Positions 1-9,934 of a stretch of DNA of 64,000 bases are shown here, in pieces; position 1 is the stretch's first letter; every line of letters begins with the position of its first letter. The position numbers and the translations under genes were made by a program. The stretch covers positions 8,049-72,048 of the forward strand of contig JAUPKX010000005.1 of the NCBI GenBank assembly GCA_030837225.1. Direction: 5' to 3'. Source of the DNA: Patescibacteria group bacterium (GTDB lineage: Bacteria > Patescibacteriota > Minisyncoccia > Phycocordibacterales > Phycocordibacteraceae). The notes under the pieces are model-generated. The model searched no databases. It was given only the letters and a program-made list of their open reading frames with translations, and was not told the origin of the DNA.

Positions 1-36
1 AGGATACGTTTTGGGTGGCTTTCCCTCGCAACTTCC

Positions 37-1440
37 GTGTTTGTGGCCATGTTCTATAGTATAACTGCAAGCATGATATATGGCGGCACGCGCGCTCCGG
101 CGCTCCTCTTTTTCGGTGATATCGCCGTTTTTGCTATTTCACTCTGGATAACGCTGTTTATTCGTACTGGTGCACTCCCGAAGAGTACGCTGCTTGAGGA
201 CCACTTGGGTCCCTTCGCACTCTTGTTCCTTGTATGGGTACTCGTGTTCTACATGTCAGGTCTCTACGGGAAGGGAACTATTCTTCTGAAGAGCCACTTG
301 CCGCAGGCCTTGCTTCGTACACAGGTAGCGAACATCGTACTCGCAGCGCTCTTCTTTTTCTTGGTGCCTGGCGTTGGTATCGCGCCAAAGACGAATCTCG
401 CGATTTATCTCGCGGTGTCACTCCTCTTGATCTTCCTATGGCGCCTCGCGATATATCCGCGCATCTCCGTGAGCAACACCCGTTCGCGTGCTGTACTTAT
501 CGCCGAAGGGCCCGACGCAGAGTATCTTATGAGCGAGGTGAATGGAAACGTACGGTACCCGCTCACGTTCGTCGACAAACTCTCACCGTCTGATTTCCTC
601 GCACTTTCTGACGAAGGTCGTCGAGCACTCATACCGGACGACGTTGATGCGGTTGTCGCGGACATTCCTGCCTGCAATGCACACGGACTCTTGCCGGTGC
701 TCTACGATTTGCCGCGCGGTATCGGCAACTACGATATTGTTGATTTCACCGATCTTTACGAGGAAGTCTTCGACCGTATCCCACTCTCGCTTCTCGATCA
801 GGGTTGGTTTATAGAACACGTCGCCGAAGAGGATCCGCTTTGGTATACGCTTCCTAAGCGACTCATAGATATTCTTGGCGGACTTGGTATGGGACTAGTG
901 ACAGTCCTAGCCGTCCCGTTCGTCTGGCTCGCGCTTAGGCTTGAAGGACCTGGCGCACTCCTTATCTCGCAGGATCGCATGGGCAAGCATGGCACTCGAA
1001 TGCGCGTCTACAAGTTCCGGAGCATGTCTGGCAACAATCGCGCATCTGGAGCGTGGGTAGGGGAGGAAGAGCTGCGTGTCACAAAGGTTGGTGCAATCCT
1101 GCGTCAGACCTCGCTCGACGAGTTCCCGCAGTTCTGGAATATCTTGAAGGGCGACATCTCCCTCATTGGTCCGCGGAACGATATTGTGGGCCTGGGGAAG
1201 CGCCTTGAGGCTGAGCTTCCGTACTACGCTATGCGCTATTCCGTTACGCCAGGTATCACGGGATGGGCGCAGATAAACCAGCAGTACGAGCAGGGGAACC
1301 TTTCACCACAGTCGGTAGAGGAGACCAAAGTGCGTCTCGCGTATGATTTTTACTATCTGAAGCATCGCTCGCTCGGTCTTGATCTCGTGATTGCGCTCAA
1401 GACTATAAAGCGCATGTTCTTTAGGCTTTCTAACTGGTAG
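37..1440 (+). CDS. Polyprenyl-phosphate sugar phosphotransferase (bacterial sugar transferase, WbaP/WcaJ-like priming enzyme). It has multiple N-terminal TM helices and a C-terminal catalytic domain.
   Basis: Translation shows hydrophobic N-terminal helices. The C-terminal motifs 'DRMGKHG', 'KFRSM' and 'DEFPQFWNILKGDISLIGPR' are typical of the exopolysaccharide/O-antigen priming sugar transferase family. Confidence 0.8.
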   Translation: MFVAMFYSITASMIYGGTRAPALLFFGDIAVFAISLWITLFIRTGALPKSTLLEDHLGPFALLFLVWVLVFYMSGLYGKGTILLKSHLPQALLRTQVANIVLAALFFFLVPGVGIAPKTNLAIYLAVSLLLIFLWRLAIYPRISVSNTRSRAVLIAEGPDAEYLMSEVNGNVRYPLTFVDKLSPSDFLALSDEGRRALIPDDVDAVVADIPACNAHGLLPVLYDLPRGIGNYDIVDFTDLYEEVFDRIPLSLLDQGWFIEHVAEEDPLWYTLPKRLIDILGGLGMGLVTVLAVPFVWLALRLEGPGALLISQDRMGKHGTRMRVYKFRSMSGNNRASGAWVGEEELRVTKVGAILRQTSLDEFPQFWNILKGDISLIGPRNDIVGLGKRLEAELPYYAMRYSVTPGITGWAQINQQYEQGNLSPQSVEETKVRLAYDFYYLKHRSLGLDLVIALKTIKRMFFRLSNW

Positions 1441-1449
1441 TCTTTATAT

Positions 1450-2520
1450 ATGAAGCACACCGTACTCGTCACAGGTGCCGCAGGATACGTGGGCTCTATG
1501 CTCGTGCGCAAATTTGCGTCACGTGAGGACGTTGAGTGCGTCATCGGACTCGACAAGGAACCGGTACCCGATCTCATCAAAGACGAAGCAAAGCTCGTCT
1601 ATCTTGAGACGAACACTGCAGACGACGGGTGGGAAGAGAAAGTTGCCGCCTATGCGCCGACGGTTGTTGTGCACACGGCGTGGCAGATTCGTGAGATCTA
1701 TGGAAACCGCCCGCTCTCCTGGAAATGGAATATCGACGGTTCGGATCGTGTCTTCCGGTTCGCGTACAACACACCATCAGTTACGCGATTGGTGCACTTC
1801 TCAACCGTTGCCTCGTACGGAGCATTCTCAACGAACACAATCGAGTACCGCTTTACAGAGGAGGATCCGTTCCGAGAAACAGACTATTTATATGCAGAAG
1901 AGAAACGCATCGCTGAGGAGCACCTTGAGGCGTGCTTTGCAGAAGCGTCGCGTAAGGTGCCTACGGCTATTGTTCGTCCCGCAGCGATAACCGGTCCCCG
2001 GGGTCGCTACATGCGCATACGCTTCGGACTTCAGGCTGCACTCGCGGGCCAGCTTAAGGATTCTTTCGCGTACCGGTTGGTTTCTATGATGACGAGGTTC
2101 GTACCGGTTACACCGAAATGGGTACGGCAGTTCATCCATGAGGATGACGTCGTACGCCTTGTGGAGCTGCTCGCGTTTTCAGAGCCTAAGGGCGAGTATG
2201 AGGTCTTCAATATCTGCCCGCCGGGAGAGGTGGTACTCGGGAACGATATGGCCGCGGCCGTAGGCAAGAAAGCACTCCTAATTCAGCCGTGGATGACTCG
2301 TGTTCCGTTCGCGTTCCTGTGGCATGCGACACGAGGCAAAATTCCAACGGCGAAGGGAAGCTGGAAGGGGTACTCCTATCCAATTGCGGTAGACGGCTCT
2401 AAGCTTTCGAAGGTCTACGGATACGAGTACAAGTACCCGAGTCTCGACGCATTCCGTTACACTGACGGCGAGTACGAAGTGTTCGTGCCGGAAGGAGAGC
2501 GCCGCTCTAAAACCACATGA
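1450..2520 (+). CDS. NAD-dependent epimerase/dehydratase family protein (SDR, Rossmann fold).
   Basis: N-terminal 'VLVTGAAGYVGSMLV' Gly-rich NAD(P)-binding motif. The length and later motifs are consistent with sugar-nucleotide epimerases. Confidence 0.7.
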   Translation: MKHTVLVTGAAGYVGSMLVRKFASREDVECVIGLDKEPVPDLIKDEAKLVYLETNTADDGWEEKVAAYAPTVVVHTAWQIREIYGNRPLSWKWNIDGSDRVFRFAYNTPSVTRLVHFSTVASYGAFSTNTIEYRFTEEDPFRETDYLYAEEKRIAEEHLEACFAEASRKVPTAIVRPAAITGPRGRYMRIRFGLQAALAGQLKDSFAYRLVSMMTRFVPVTPKWVRQFIHEDDVVRLVELLAFSEPKGEYEVFNICPPGEVVLGNDMAAAVGKKALLIQPWMTRVPFAFLWHATRGKIPTAKGSWKGYSYPIAVDGSKLSKVYGYEYKYPSLDAFRYTDGEYEVFVPEGERRSKTT

Positions 2521-3329
2521 TTGTAGACGGACGAGCTATCGCCTCAGAGATCCTCAAGGAGGTGCGTGCGAGGAGTACTCGTGCGGCTATTGTCCGTGCG
2601 GTTGTTGTCATGCCGTCTCCTGCAACAGAGTCGTATCTTGCAATTAAAGAGGCGCGAGCTGAAGAGGCGGGTATGTATCTTGAGGTGATTCGTCTTTCAG
2701 AGTCTGCGACAAATACTGACGTGATCGAAGCGATTGAGAAGCCTGGTGCTGATGCGGTTATCGTTCAGCTTCCGCTGCCTGAACACCTAGACAGCAAGGT
2801 GATACTCGACAAGATTCCGGTTGGACTTGATGCTGATGTCCTTTCCGCGCTCGCGTACTCCCGTTTCAAGGCGGATGAAGACAATGCGATCCTGCCGCCC
2901 GTTGTTGCTAGTATCGCTGAAGTACTCGAGCGCTCGAAGGTGTTTGTTGCTGGGAAGGGAGTAACGGTTATAGGGCAAGGCCGGCTCGTTGGTATACCGG
3001 CAGCTGCGTGGCTCGTTAACCAGGGCGCTGAAGTTATGGTTGTAACGCGCGAAGAAGGGGACCTCTCAAGGCTAGAAGAAGCTGACGTTATCATTGCTGG
3101 TGCTGGAAGTCCGGCCTTGATTCAGCCGCACCATATTCAGGAAGGGGTAGTGCTCATCGATGCAGGAACCTCTGAATCCGGGGGTGCCATCGTTGGCGAT
3201 GTGGATCCAGCGTGCGCTCACAAGGCTTCAGTGTTCACACCGGTTCCTGGCGGTATTGGCCCTATCGCCGTCGCCTGTCTATTTCGCAATGTGATGCTCC
3301 TAATGGAAAGGGGATTGCAGGAAGGCTGA
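2517..3329 (+). CDS. folD: Bifunctional 5,10-methylene-tetrahydrofolate dehydrogenase/cyclohydrolase.
   Basis: The 'DGRAIA...IL' N-terminus and the C-terminal 'PVPGGIGPIAVACLFRNV' motif are characteristic of FolD. There is a 4-nt overlap with the upstream gene. Confidence 0.85.
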   Translation: MIVDGRAIASEILKEVRARSTRAAIVRAVVVMPSPATESYLAIKEARAEEAGMYLEVIRLSESATNTDVIEAIEKPGADAVIVQLPLPEHLDSKVILDKIPVGLDADVLSALAYSRFKADEDNAILPPVVASIAEVLERSKVFVAGKGVTVIGQGRLVGIPAAAWLVNQGAEVMVVTREEGDLSRLEEADVIIAGAGSPALIQPHHIQEGVVLIDAGTSESGGAIVGDVDPACAHKASVFTPVPGGIGPIAVACLFRNVMLLMERGLQEG

Positions 3330-3342
3330 AACCCAGTAGACT

Positions 3343-4662
3343 TTGCATACTATGCGTTACATCCCTGCGGTCCTTGTGCTCCTCGTGTCGGGTTTCCTCG
3401 GCTGGTACGTTCTCTCTCCGGGCCATCCAATCAAACTTGGTCTTGATCTTGCCGGCGGTACTGAGCTTATCTACCGTGCGGACACGAGTCTCGTACAGAC
3501 CGACAAGCAAGGAGCCCTTAATGCACTGCGCGAGGTTATCGAACGACGCGTTAATCTCTTCGGTGTCGCGGAGCCGCTTGTGCAGCTCGAACAATCGAGC
3601 GCGGTTGCGGGTGCGGTTGAAGACAGACTCCTCGTTGAGCTTCCGGGAGTTACTGATGTGCAGGCGGCCGTTGATGCTATTGGCGCGACGCCGTCACTCG
3701 AGTTCCGTCTTGCTGCCGAATCAACAACCGCGACAAGTACGTTTGATTTCATGCCGACAGAACTCACGGGCCGGTACCTCGAGAAGGCTGATCTCCAGTT
3801 CGGTTCTCAAAGCGGAGCAGGTGTCGCTAACGAGCCGATCGTGGTGCTTACGTTCACCGCTGAAGGCGCAGCGCTCTTTGAACAGATAACCCGCGACAAT
3901 GTTGGCAATACCCTTGCGATCTATCTTGATGGCGAGCCAATCTCTACACCGGTTATTCGTGAAGCAATCGCTGGAGGCACTGCGACGGTTTCCGGAGGCT
4001 TTACGCCAGAGGAGGCGCGCAATCTCGTACGGAACTTAAACTTTGGCGCGCTTCCCGTTCCTATTGAGCTTGTGGGAAGCGGTACGGTTGGACCAACCTT
4101 GGGAGCAGAAGCGTATGAAGCGGGACTTATAGCGTCTGCGCTCGGGTTCCTCTTAGTCGCACTCTTCATGATCCTTTGGTACCGCCTCCCGGGATTTATC
4201 GCTTCCGTAGCACTCGTTATTTACATGCTCATCACCGTAGCGGTTATTAAGTTCATGCCAATAACCCTTACGACGTCCGGTATCGCAGCGCTCATACTCT
4301 CGATTGGTATGGCGGTGGATGCAAACGTGCTTATCTTCGAGCGCATGAAAGAGGAGCTCCGAAGAGGGGAAGGAGCACATGACGCGGTACGTATCGGATT
4401 CGCACGTGCATGGACCGCAATTAGAGATGGTCACTTCACGATGCTTATCTCGAGTGTCATTCTCTTCTGGATAGGTACGCCGCTCGTGCAGGGCTTCGCG
4501 CTCGTCTTCGGATTCGGTGTGATCGCGTCTCTTATTTCCGCAGTGTCCATCACACGCGTATTCCTTCTCGCGATCGTGCCTGAAGAGGCGAGTCCGCTCT
4601 GGCGCTTCCTTCTTGGGACCGGGCTTTATCGGCATAACCGCTCCGAGGGAGCCTCCACCTAA
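3343..4662 (+). CDS. secD: Protein translocase subunit SecD.
   Basis: 'LGLDLAGGTELIYRAD' and 'GALPVPIELVGSGTVGPTLG' are SecD hallmark periplasmic and TM motifs. It is followed directly by SecF. Confidence 0.85.
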   Translation: MHTMRYIPAVLVLLVSGFLGWYVLSPGHPIKLGLDLAGGTELIYRADTSLVQTDKQGALNALREVIERRVNLFGVAEPLVQLEQSSAVAGAVEDRLLVELPGVTDVQAAVDAIGATPSLEFRLAAESTTATSTFDFMPTELTGRYLEKADLQFGSQSGAGVANEPIVVLTFTAEGAALFEQITRDNVGNTLAIYLDGEPISTPVIREAIAGGTATVSGGFTPEEARNLVRNLNFGALPVPIELVGSGTVGPTLGAEAYEAGLIASALGFLLVALFMILWYRLPGFIASVALVIYMLITVAVIKFMPITLTTSGIAALILSIGMAVDANVLIFERMKEELRRGEGAHDAVRIGFARAWTAIRDGHFTMLISSVILFWIGTPLVQGFALVFGFGVIASLISAVSITRVFLLAIVPEEASPLWRFLLGTGLYRHNRSEGAST

Positions 4663-4663
4663 T

Positions 4664-5599
4664 ATGTTTGTTGTACGTCATCGCAAATTCTTCTTCATTC
4701 TGACGGGAGTATTGCTCGCAGGCTCCATCCTTGCGACGATTATAGTTCCGCCGAAACTCTCGATTGAGTTCACGGGAGGGTCGCTTCTTGAGGTTGCCTA
4801 CGAAGGCGAGCGGCCTGAGCTCGAAACTGTTCGCGAGCGCATCAGTGTCGTTGATTTAGGCGAGCCATCCGTTCGTGAGAGCGGCGAGAACGCCATTACA
4901 CTCCGCACGCGTACGCTTTCTCCTGAGGAGCGCACAACGCTTCTCTCAGCGCTATCCGTTAACGGTGCAGAGCCCGTTACTGAGCTCCGTTTTAATTCAA
5001 TCGGTCCGTCACTTGGAAATGAGCTCGCCATAAAAGCGCTCTACGCTATCCTCGCCGTTACACTCGCTATTGTGCTCTATATTGCGTTCGCGTTCCGTGG
5101 TGTGTCACGTCCGGTACCCGGCTGGGGCTACGGACTTATTGCGGTGTTCATGCTCGCGATTGATATCATCGTACCGACTGGCTTCTATGCGATTTACGCA
5201 TACTTCACGGGAGCGCAGTTCGACTCCTTGTTTGTTATCGCGCTCCTAGCGCTTCTTGGATACTGCGTGAATGACGTGATTGTTATCTTCGATCGTGTCC
5301 GCGAACACTTGAGGAACAATGTAGAGGACAAGGTGAAGGAATCGTTTGAGGTGACGGTTGGGAAGTCGATCGACGAGACCATGGGCCGTTCAATTAATAC
5401 CGGTATGACGGTTGTCCTTGCACTCCTTGCTCTCGTTATCTTCGGCAGTGAAGCAACGCGCAACTTCGCACTCGTTATGATGGTGGGCGTCGCTGCAGGA
5501 ACGTTCTCTTCAATTACTCGGTCTGCACCACTTTTGATTCCTATTGCGTCCTGGCTCGAGAAGAAGCGCGCGCTCAAAGAAGCTAACGAGAAGAAATAA
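4664..5599 (+). CDS. secF: Protein translocase subunit SecF. The likely start is the ATG at 4664; the listed ORF extends upstream to 4613.
   Basis: 'LSIEFTGGSLLEV' N-terminal motif and a multi-TM C-terminus. It sits immediately after secD in the usual secDF arrangement. Confidence 0.8.
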   Translation: MFVVRHRKFFFILTGVLLAGSILATIIVPPKLSIEFTGGSLLEVAYEGERPELETVRERISVVDLGEPSVRESGENAITLRTRTLSPEERTTLLSALSVNGAEPVTELRFNSIGPSLGNELAIKALYAILAVTLAIVLYIAFAFRGVSRPVPGWGYGLIAVFMLAIDIIVPTGFYAIYAYFTGAQFDSLFVIALLALLGYCVNDVIVIFDRVREHLRNNVEDKVKESFEVTVGKSIDETMGRSINTGMTVVLALLALVIFGSEATRNFALVMMVGVAAGTFSSITRSAPLLIPIASWLEKKRALKEANEKK

Positions 5600-6153
5600 T
5601 GATCATTGGGATTACGGGATCATTCGGGGCAGGGAAGGGTGCGGTTGTTGATTATCTCGTTCGTGAGAAAGGATTCGGTGACTTCTCCGCGCGTTCATTC
5701 ATAACGAAAGAAATTAAGCATCGCGACCTACCTATAAATCGCGACAGCATGATCGAAGTCGCCAATGACCTGCGTCAAAAGCATGGAGCGACCTATATCA
5801 TTGAGTCTCTGTATAACGAGGCGAAGGAGCGGGGAGGTGACGCGGTTGTGGAGAGTCTTCGTGCGGTTGCTGAAGTTCGCCTCATTAAGAAACTCGGTGG
5901 CGTCGTTTTGGGCATTACCGCACAGCCAGAGATTAGGTATGAGCGAGCGCTCGCGCGTGGGAGCGAGACAGACAAGGTAACGTATGAGGAGTGGATCCAA
6001 CAGGAAGTGAAGGAATCGAATCCTGACGATCCAACCAAGCAAGATATATTTGGTGCGCTCAGTGAATCGAGTGTTTTAATAGAGAACAACGGCTCTTTGC
6101 AGGATTTGTACGCAGCAGTGGAGAAGATGCTCAAAGAGCAGCGACTTGGTTAA
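5599..6153 (+). CDS. Small P-loop nucleotide/nucleoside kinase (dephospho-CoA kinase / NMP-kinase-like).
   Basis: N-terminal Walker A 'IIGITGSFGAGKG' with a short about 180-aa kinase-like fold. The specific substrate is not determinable from sequence alone. Confidence 0.4.
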   Translation: MIIGITGSFGAGKGAVVDYLVREKGFGDFSARSFITKEIKHRDLPINRDSMIEVANDLRQKHGATYIIESLYNEAKERGGDAVVESLRAVAEVRLIKKLGGVVLGITAQPEIRYERALARGSETDKVTYEEWIQQEVKESNPDDPTKQDIFGALSESSVLIENNGSLQDLYAAVEKMLKEQRLG

Positions 6154-6935
6154 GAGATAATCGTTCCTTTGAACGGCTTTCCGTCGAGATAATCAGAGAA
6201 GGATTCCAAATTAGCGCCGTTGATGATGGCAACCTCAAGGCCGAGCGACTCGGCTTCTTTCGCAGCTATAGGATCGAACGGGGAAGAGAGACCCGGATCC
6301 CATTCGGACGGGATGAGCTTTCTGAAGTCTGCCCAATTAATATTCTCGATCTTTTCTGCATCCGGATTCTTTCGGGGGTCTGCGGTGTATACGTAATCAA
6401 TGTTGGAGAGGTTCACGAGCTTCTTGGCACCCAGTGTCTTCGCTGCCATAACTGCGCAGTAGTCAGTTGAGCGACCAGGCTTCCAGCCAGCCCCAATAAC
6501 CACACTCTCGCGACCACGGAACCTGCTCGTTGGATTCTTTATGATGCGTGCCTGCGCTTCTTCAATGAAGATGGTGCGGAGGAGATGTGCGTTAAGGCGC
6601 GTGGAGTGAATGCCAAGCCAGTCGACGTCCTCTCGATTAAGTATTTCGCCCCCGCGGATCTCGGCTGCCGCTTCCTGGTAGTCACGAGACAGACGGCCGC
6701 CCCCCGCGATTATATAAAAAGAAGACCCTTCTTGGGTCTTCTCGAGCACGAGCGTACGGAAATTCTGGAGGAAGCTAACGTCAATGCCCTTAGGAACGAG
6801 AAGCGAGCCTCCAACGGAGACGACAATATATTCACGTTTGTTTCTGAGCGAACGCATTGCAAAGCTTGACGGCTGTTTCCATTCTACGCTCATGAGAGGG
6901 GAGTGCAATCTAGAAAAGTCTGATATCGGTGTCAT
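6150..6935 (-). CDS. pyrH: UMP kinase-like protein (amino-acid kinase fold). The probable true start is the internal Met giving 'MRSLRNKREYIVVSVGGSL', near 6857.
   Basis: 'IVVSVGGSL', 'IIAGGGRLSRDY', 'GWKPGRSTDYCA', 'VYTADPRKNPDA' and 'INGANLE...GTII' match conserved UMP kinase motifs. It is divergent from the rRNA gene. Confidence 0.6.
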   Translation of the reverse strand: MTPISDFSRLHSPLMSVEWKQPSSFAMRSLRNKREYIVVSVGGSLLVPKGIDVSFLQNFRTLVLEKTQEGSSFYIIAGGGRLSRDYQEAAAEIRGGEILNREDVDWLGIHSTRLNAHLLRTIFIEEAQARIIKNPTSRFRGRESVVIGAGWKPGRSTDYCAVMAAKTLGAKKLVNLSNIDYVYTADPRKNPDAEKIENINWADFRKLIPSEWDPGLSSPFDPIAAKEAESLGLEVAIINGANLESFSDYLDGKPFKGTIIS

Positions 6936-7047
6936 AAGAGGCTTGAAGGTAGAGTCTGGTTGGTCTCAAAAACCTGGTCATACCGTCTCTCAGAATTGCC
7001 ACAACTTCGGACCCAAAGCGACCTTATTGTACGCCTTAGATTCACGC

Positions 7048-7076
7048 TTGACGCCCCCTATCCCTTCCTATAGTAT
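7048..7076 (+). promoter_or_regulatory. Candidate sigma-70-like promoter for the 16S rRNA gene: -35 TTGACG (7048-7053) and -10 TATAGT/TAGTAT (7069-7076).
   Basis: Seen directly in sequence about 115 nt upstream of the 16S 5' end and upstream of the processing stem. The spacer is 15-17 nt depending on the -10 choice. Confidence 0.35.
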
Positions 7077-7128
7077 GTCTTTACTGCCCTCATGTGAGGG
7101 CGGGGTTTGTTTTCGCTCTTCGAAAGCT

Positions 7129-7184
7129 GAATAGTTAGAATGAAATTGGTAAGAACATGAGTTTTCTTGTGTTCCGCCTATTCT
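7129..7184 (+). repeat. 5' arm of a long rRNA processing stem (inverted repeat partner at 10936-10986).
   Basis: 'tagttagaatgaaattg...aacatg...ttcttgtgttccgcctattc' is the reverse complement of 'gaataggcggaacacaag...catgtt...catttcattctaacta' downstream of the 16S. Confidence 0.75.
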
Positions 7185-7642
7185 TAATGAGAGTTTGATC
7201 CTAGCTCAGGATGAATGCTGGCTGTATGGATAAGGCATGCAAGTCGAACGGACCGCAAGGTCAGTGGCAGACGAGGTAGTAACACGTAGGTACGTACTCC
7301 GAAGTCGGGCATAGCCAACCGAAAGGTTGGGTAATTCCCGATAGTCCCGTAAGGGTAAAGATTTATCGCTTCGGAAGCGGCCTGCGTAGTATCAGCTTGT
7401 TGGTAAGGTAACGGCTTACCAAGGCTACGACGCTTAGGGGAGCTGAGAGGCTGACCCCCACCGATGGGACTGAGACACGGCCCATACTCCTACGGGAGGC
7501 CGCAGTCGAGAATCTTCCGCAATGGACGCAAGTCTGACGGAGCGATACAGCGTGATGGACGAAGTGCTTCGGTACGTAAACATCTTTTATGTGGGACGAA
7601 ATTATTGACGGTACCACATGAATAAGGGGCTCCTAACTCTGT

Positions 7643-8555
7643 AGAGTTAACGGTTAGGAATACCACAGCAAAGAATTCTGTAATTACTGGTGCAGCGTAG
7701 GTGAGCAATCGCCTACGAGAAAACTTGGCTATATGCTGGAAATCTCAAGGGACTGCGTCCTATAAAACTTAGGTTTTATAGGATCCCTTGAGACAATCAG
7801 CAGGGAAGTCGGGTATACTTAGTGAATGATCTGTGCTTTCTCTAATACGCAACGAGATATACTTGTTGGTCTTATGCTCGGAGATGGAAATCTCGAGTTT
7901 AATGGCTACCGAGGTACTCGATTGCAAATAAAGCAATCGGAGGAGAAAGAAGGGTATGTGCTCTGGCTTCACAGCCAGTTTGCAGATCTCGTACGGACTC
8001 CTCCGCAGCAACGAATGGATACACGTCAATGGTATTTCGGGACGCGCTTCTTCGAGAATTTAGAAGATCTAAGAAAGATTTTCTATAGCGATCGAAAGAA
8101 AGTTGTTCCTGCAAATATCAATGATCTGTTCCAGTCACCGCTCACGCTCGCGGTGTGGTTCATGGATGATGGACGGCTCGATTATCGAGCAAAGTCGCAT
8201 TATGCGTACCGTATAAGCACTGATTCCTTTACGGAATCAGAAGTGAAGCAGTTGCAAACATTGTTGTTAGAGAGATTTGGCATAGTGGCAAAAACGTATT
8301 TGTCACTGTGTCGAGGAAAACGCTATCCAAAGCTTTATATCGGAAAGGAAGGACGTGATCAGTTTACAAAGACTGTCGCTCCCTATATCCTTCCGTGCTT
8401 TGGATACAAGCTTCCTCCAGATTATCGCCAATATATCTTGACCCCTCAGAGACTACACGCCGAGCCCCGCATACGAACATAAGCGGGTGATGATATAGTC
8501 CGATCCCTACCGTGAGGTAGGTGGTCTCCTTACAAGAGACCTCTAAAACTGAATG
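7643..8555 (+). mobile_element. Group I intron 1 in 16S, inserted in the 'CTAACTCCGTG|CCAGCAGCCGCGG' region. It carries a homing endonuclease ORF.
   Basis: The upstream exon ends in T (U) and the insertion ends in G, as expected for group I splicing. The flanks reconstitute the conserved 16S sequence. Confidence 0.7.
7826..8482 (+). CDS. LAGLIDADG homing endonuclease (intron-encoded).
   Basis: Two LAGLIDADG-type motifs are present: 'LVGLMLGDGNL' and 'LAVWFMDDGRLD'. The ORF is located entirely inside the 16S insertion. Confidence 0.8.
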   Translation: MICAFSNTQRDILVGLMLGDGNLEFNGYRGTRLQIKQSEEKEGYVLWLHSQFADLVRTPPQQRMDTRQWYFGTRFFENLEDLRKIFYSDRKKVVPANINDLFQSPLTLAVWFMDDGRLDYRAKSHYAYRISTDSFTESEVKQLQTLLLERFGIVAKTYLSLCRGKRYPKLYIGKEGRDQFTKTVAPYILPCFGYKLPPDYRQYILTPQRLHAEPRIRT

Positions 8556-9418
8556 GCCAGCAGGAGCGGTAATACAGAGGCCCCAAGCATTATCCGGAAT
8601 CACTGGGCGTAAAGGGTGTCAAGGCGGTTATGTTAGTCGTTCGTTAAATCTGGGGGCTCAACCTCCAGCCTGCGAGCGAAACGGCATAACTTGAGGTCGG
8701 GAGAGGTATGTGGAACTCATGGTGTAGGGGTGAAATCCGTTGATATCATGGGGAACACCAAAGGCGAAGGCAGCATACTGGCCCGAATCTGACGCTCACA
8801 CACGAAAGCCAGGGTAGCGAATGGGATTAGATACCCCAGTAGTCCTGGCCCTAAACGTTGCTCGCTCGCTTTACGGAGTATCGACCCTCTGTGAGGCTAA
8901 GCTAACGCGGTAAGCGAGCCGCCTGGGTAGTACGATCGCAAGATTAAAACTCAAAGGAATAGACGGGGACTCGCACAAGTGGTGGATGATGTGGCTTAAT
9001 TCGTCGATAAGCGAAAAACCTTACCAAGGCTAGAAACCATGCTGCACGCTCCCAGAAACGGGAGAAGCCTTCGAGGGTGCATGGCAGGTGATGCATGGTC
9101 GTCGTCAGTTCGTGGCTTGAGCTGTTCCCTTCAGTGGGGTAACGAACGCAACCCCCGTTGTCTGTTAAATTTTCAGGCGAGACTGCCCCCTCACGGGGGA
9201 GGAAGGTGGGGATGACGCCAGATCAGCATGTCCCTTGATGCCTTGGGCTGCACACGTCATACAATGGGTGGTACAGAAGGACGCAATACGGTAACGTGGA
9301 GCAAATCCCAAAAACCACCCCCAGTACGGATCGAGGTCTGCAATCGACCTCGTGAAGCCGGAATCACTAGTAATCGTGGGTCAGCACACCACGGTGAATA
9401 CGTTCTCGAGTCTTGTAC

Positions 9419-9843
9419 TCATTCAAAAAAGTGCTCGGCAGGTATATAATCCAGTCCGTTAAAATCGGACCCAGATCTCTGAACGTGATCTGCGTAGCAA
9501 ACGGACAGTCGGAGAACCGCGAGGTTCACGGCAGAGGGTCCTAGTAGCAAAAAGCAGCCCTCCTGTAGTGATACAGGTAATGAAGCGTTCGCGACCCATC
9601 CTGGTGAGTGATGGGGAAGCGGGCCACTGAAAAGCTTCGAGCGGATGCAAGGAACGGAATATATACTGACCCGAGGAGATCTCATGAGGGTAGAGGTTAT
9701 ACACACCTCATGAGAAGTCAGCTGCGTCGTAGTAAGTATTGCAAAATACTGAAGGACAAAACCGGTATCAGTAAGATACTGGGCTCGCGTAGTACGAGAA
9801 ATTCGTACGCTACGTGGGAACGCGAAATTGACCTCAATTATCG
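9419..9843 (+). mobile_element. ORF-less group I-like intron 2 in 16S, inserted in the 'TTGTACACACCGCCCGTCA' region. The boundaries are within +/-3 nt.
   Basis: The 16S signature 'cttgtac' at 9411-9417 is separated from 'ccgcccgtcaagtcagg' at 9847 by about 425 nt. This insertion has no long ORF. Confidence 0.5.
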
Positions 9844-9934
9844 CAATCCGCCCGTCAAGTCAGGGAAGTTGGGGGTACCCGAAATCTTGGTTTATCCAGG
9901 ACTACGGTAAATTCAATGACAAGGACTAAGTCGT

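Noticed and set aside
3212-3889. Plus-strand 225-aa ORF overlapping the folD 3' end and the secD 5' end.
   Set aside because: It lies out of frame inside two well-supported genes. The Arg/Ser-rich product is a typical alternative-frame artefact.
4153-4635. Minus-strand 160-aa ORF antisense to secD.
   Set aside because: It is antisense to a highly conserved gene. The product is a compositionally odd His/Arg/Glu-rich peptide.
6784-7134. Plus-strand 116-aa ORF spanning the pyrH-like start region and the rRNA leader.
   Set aside because: It overlaps the divergent promoter, leader and processing-stem region of the 16S gene. It has no coding signature.
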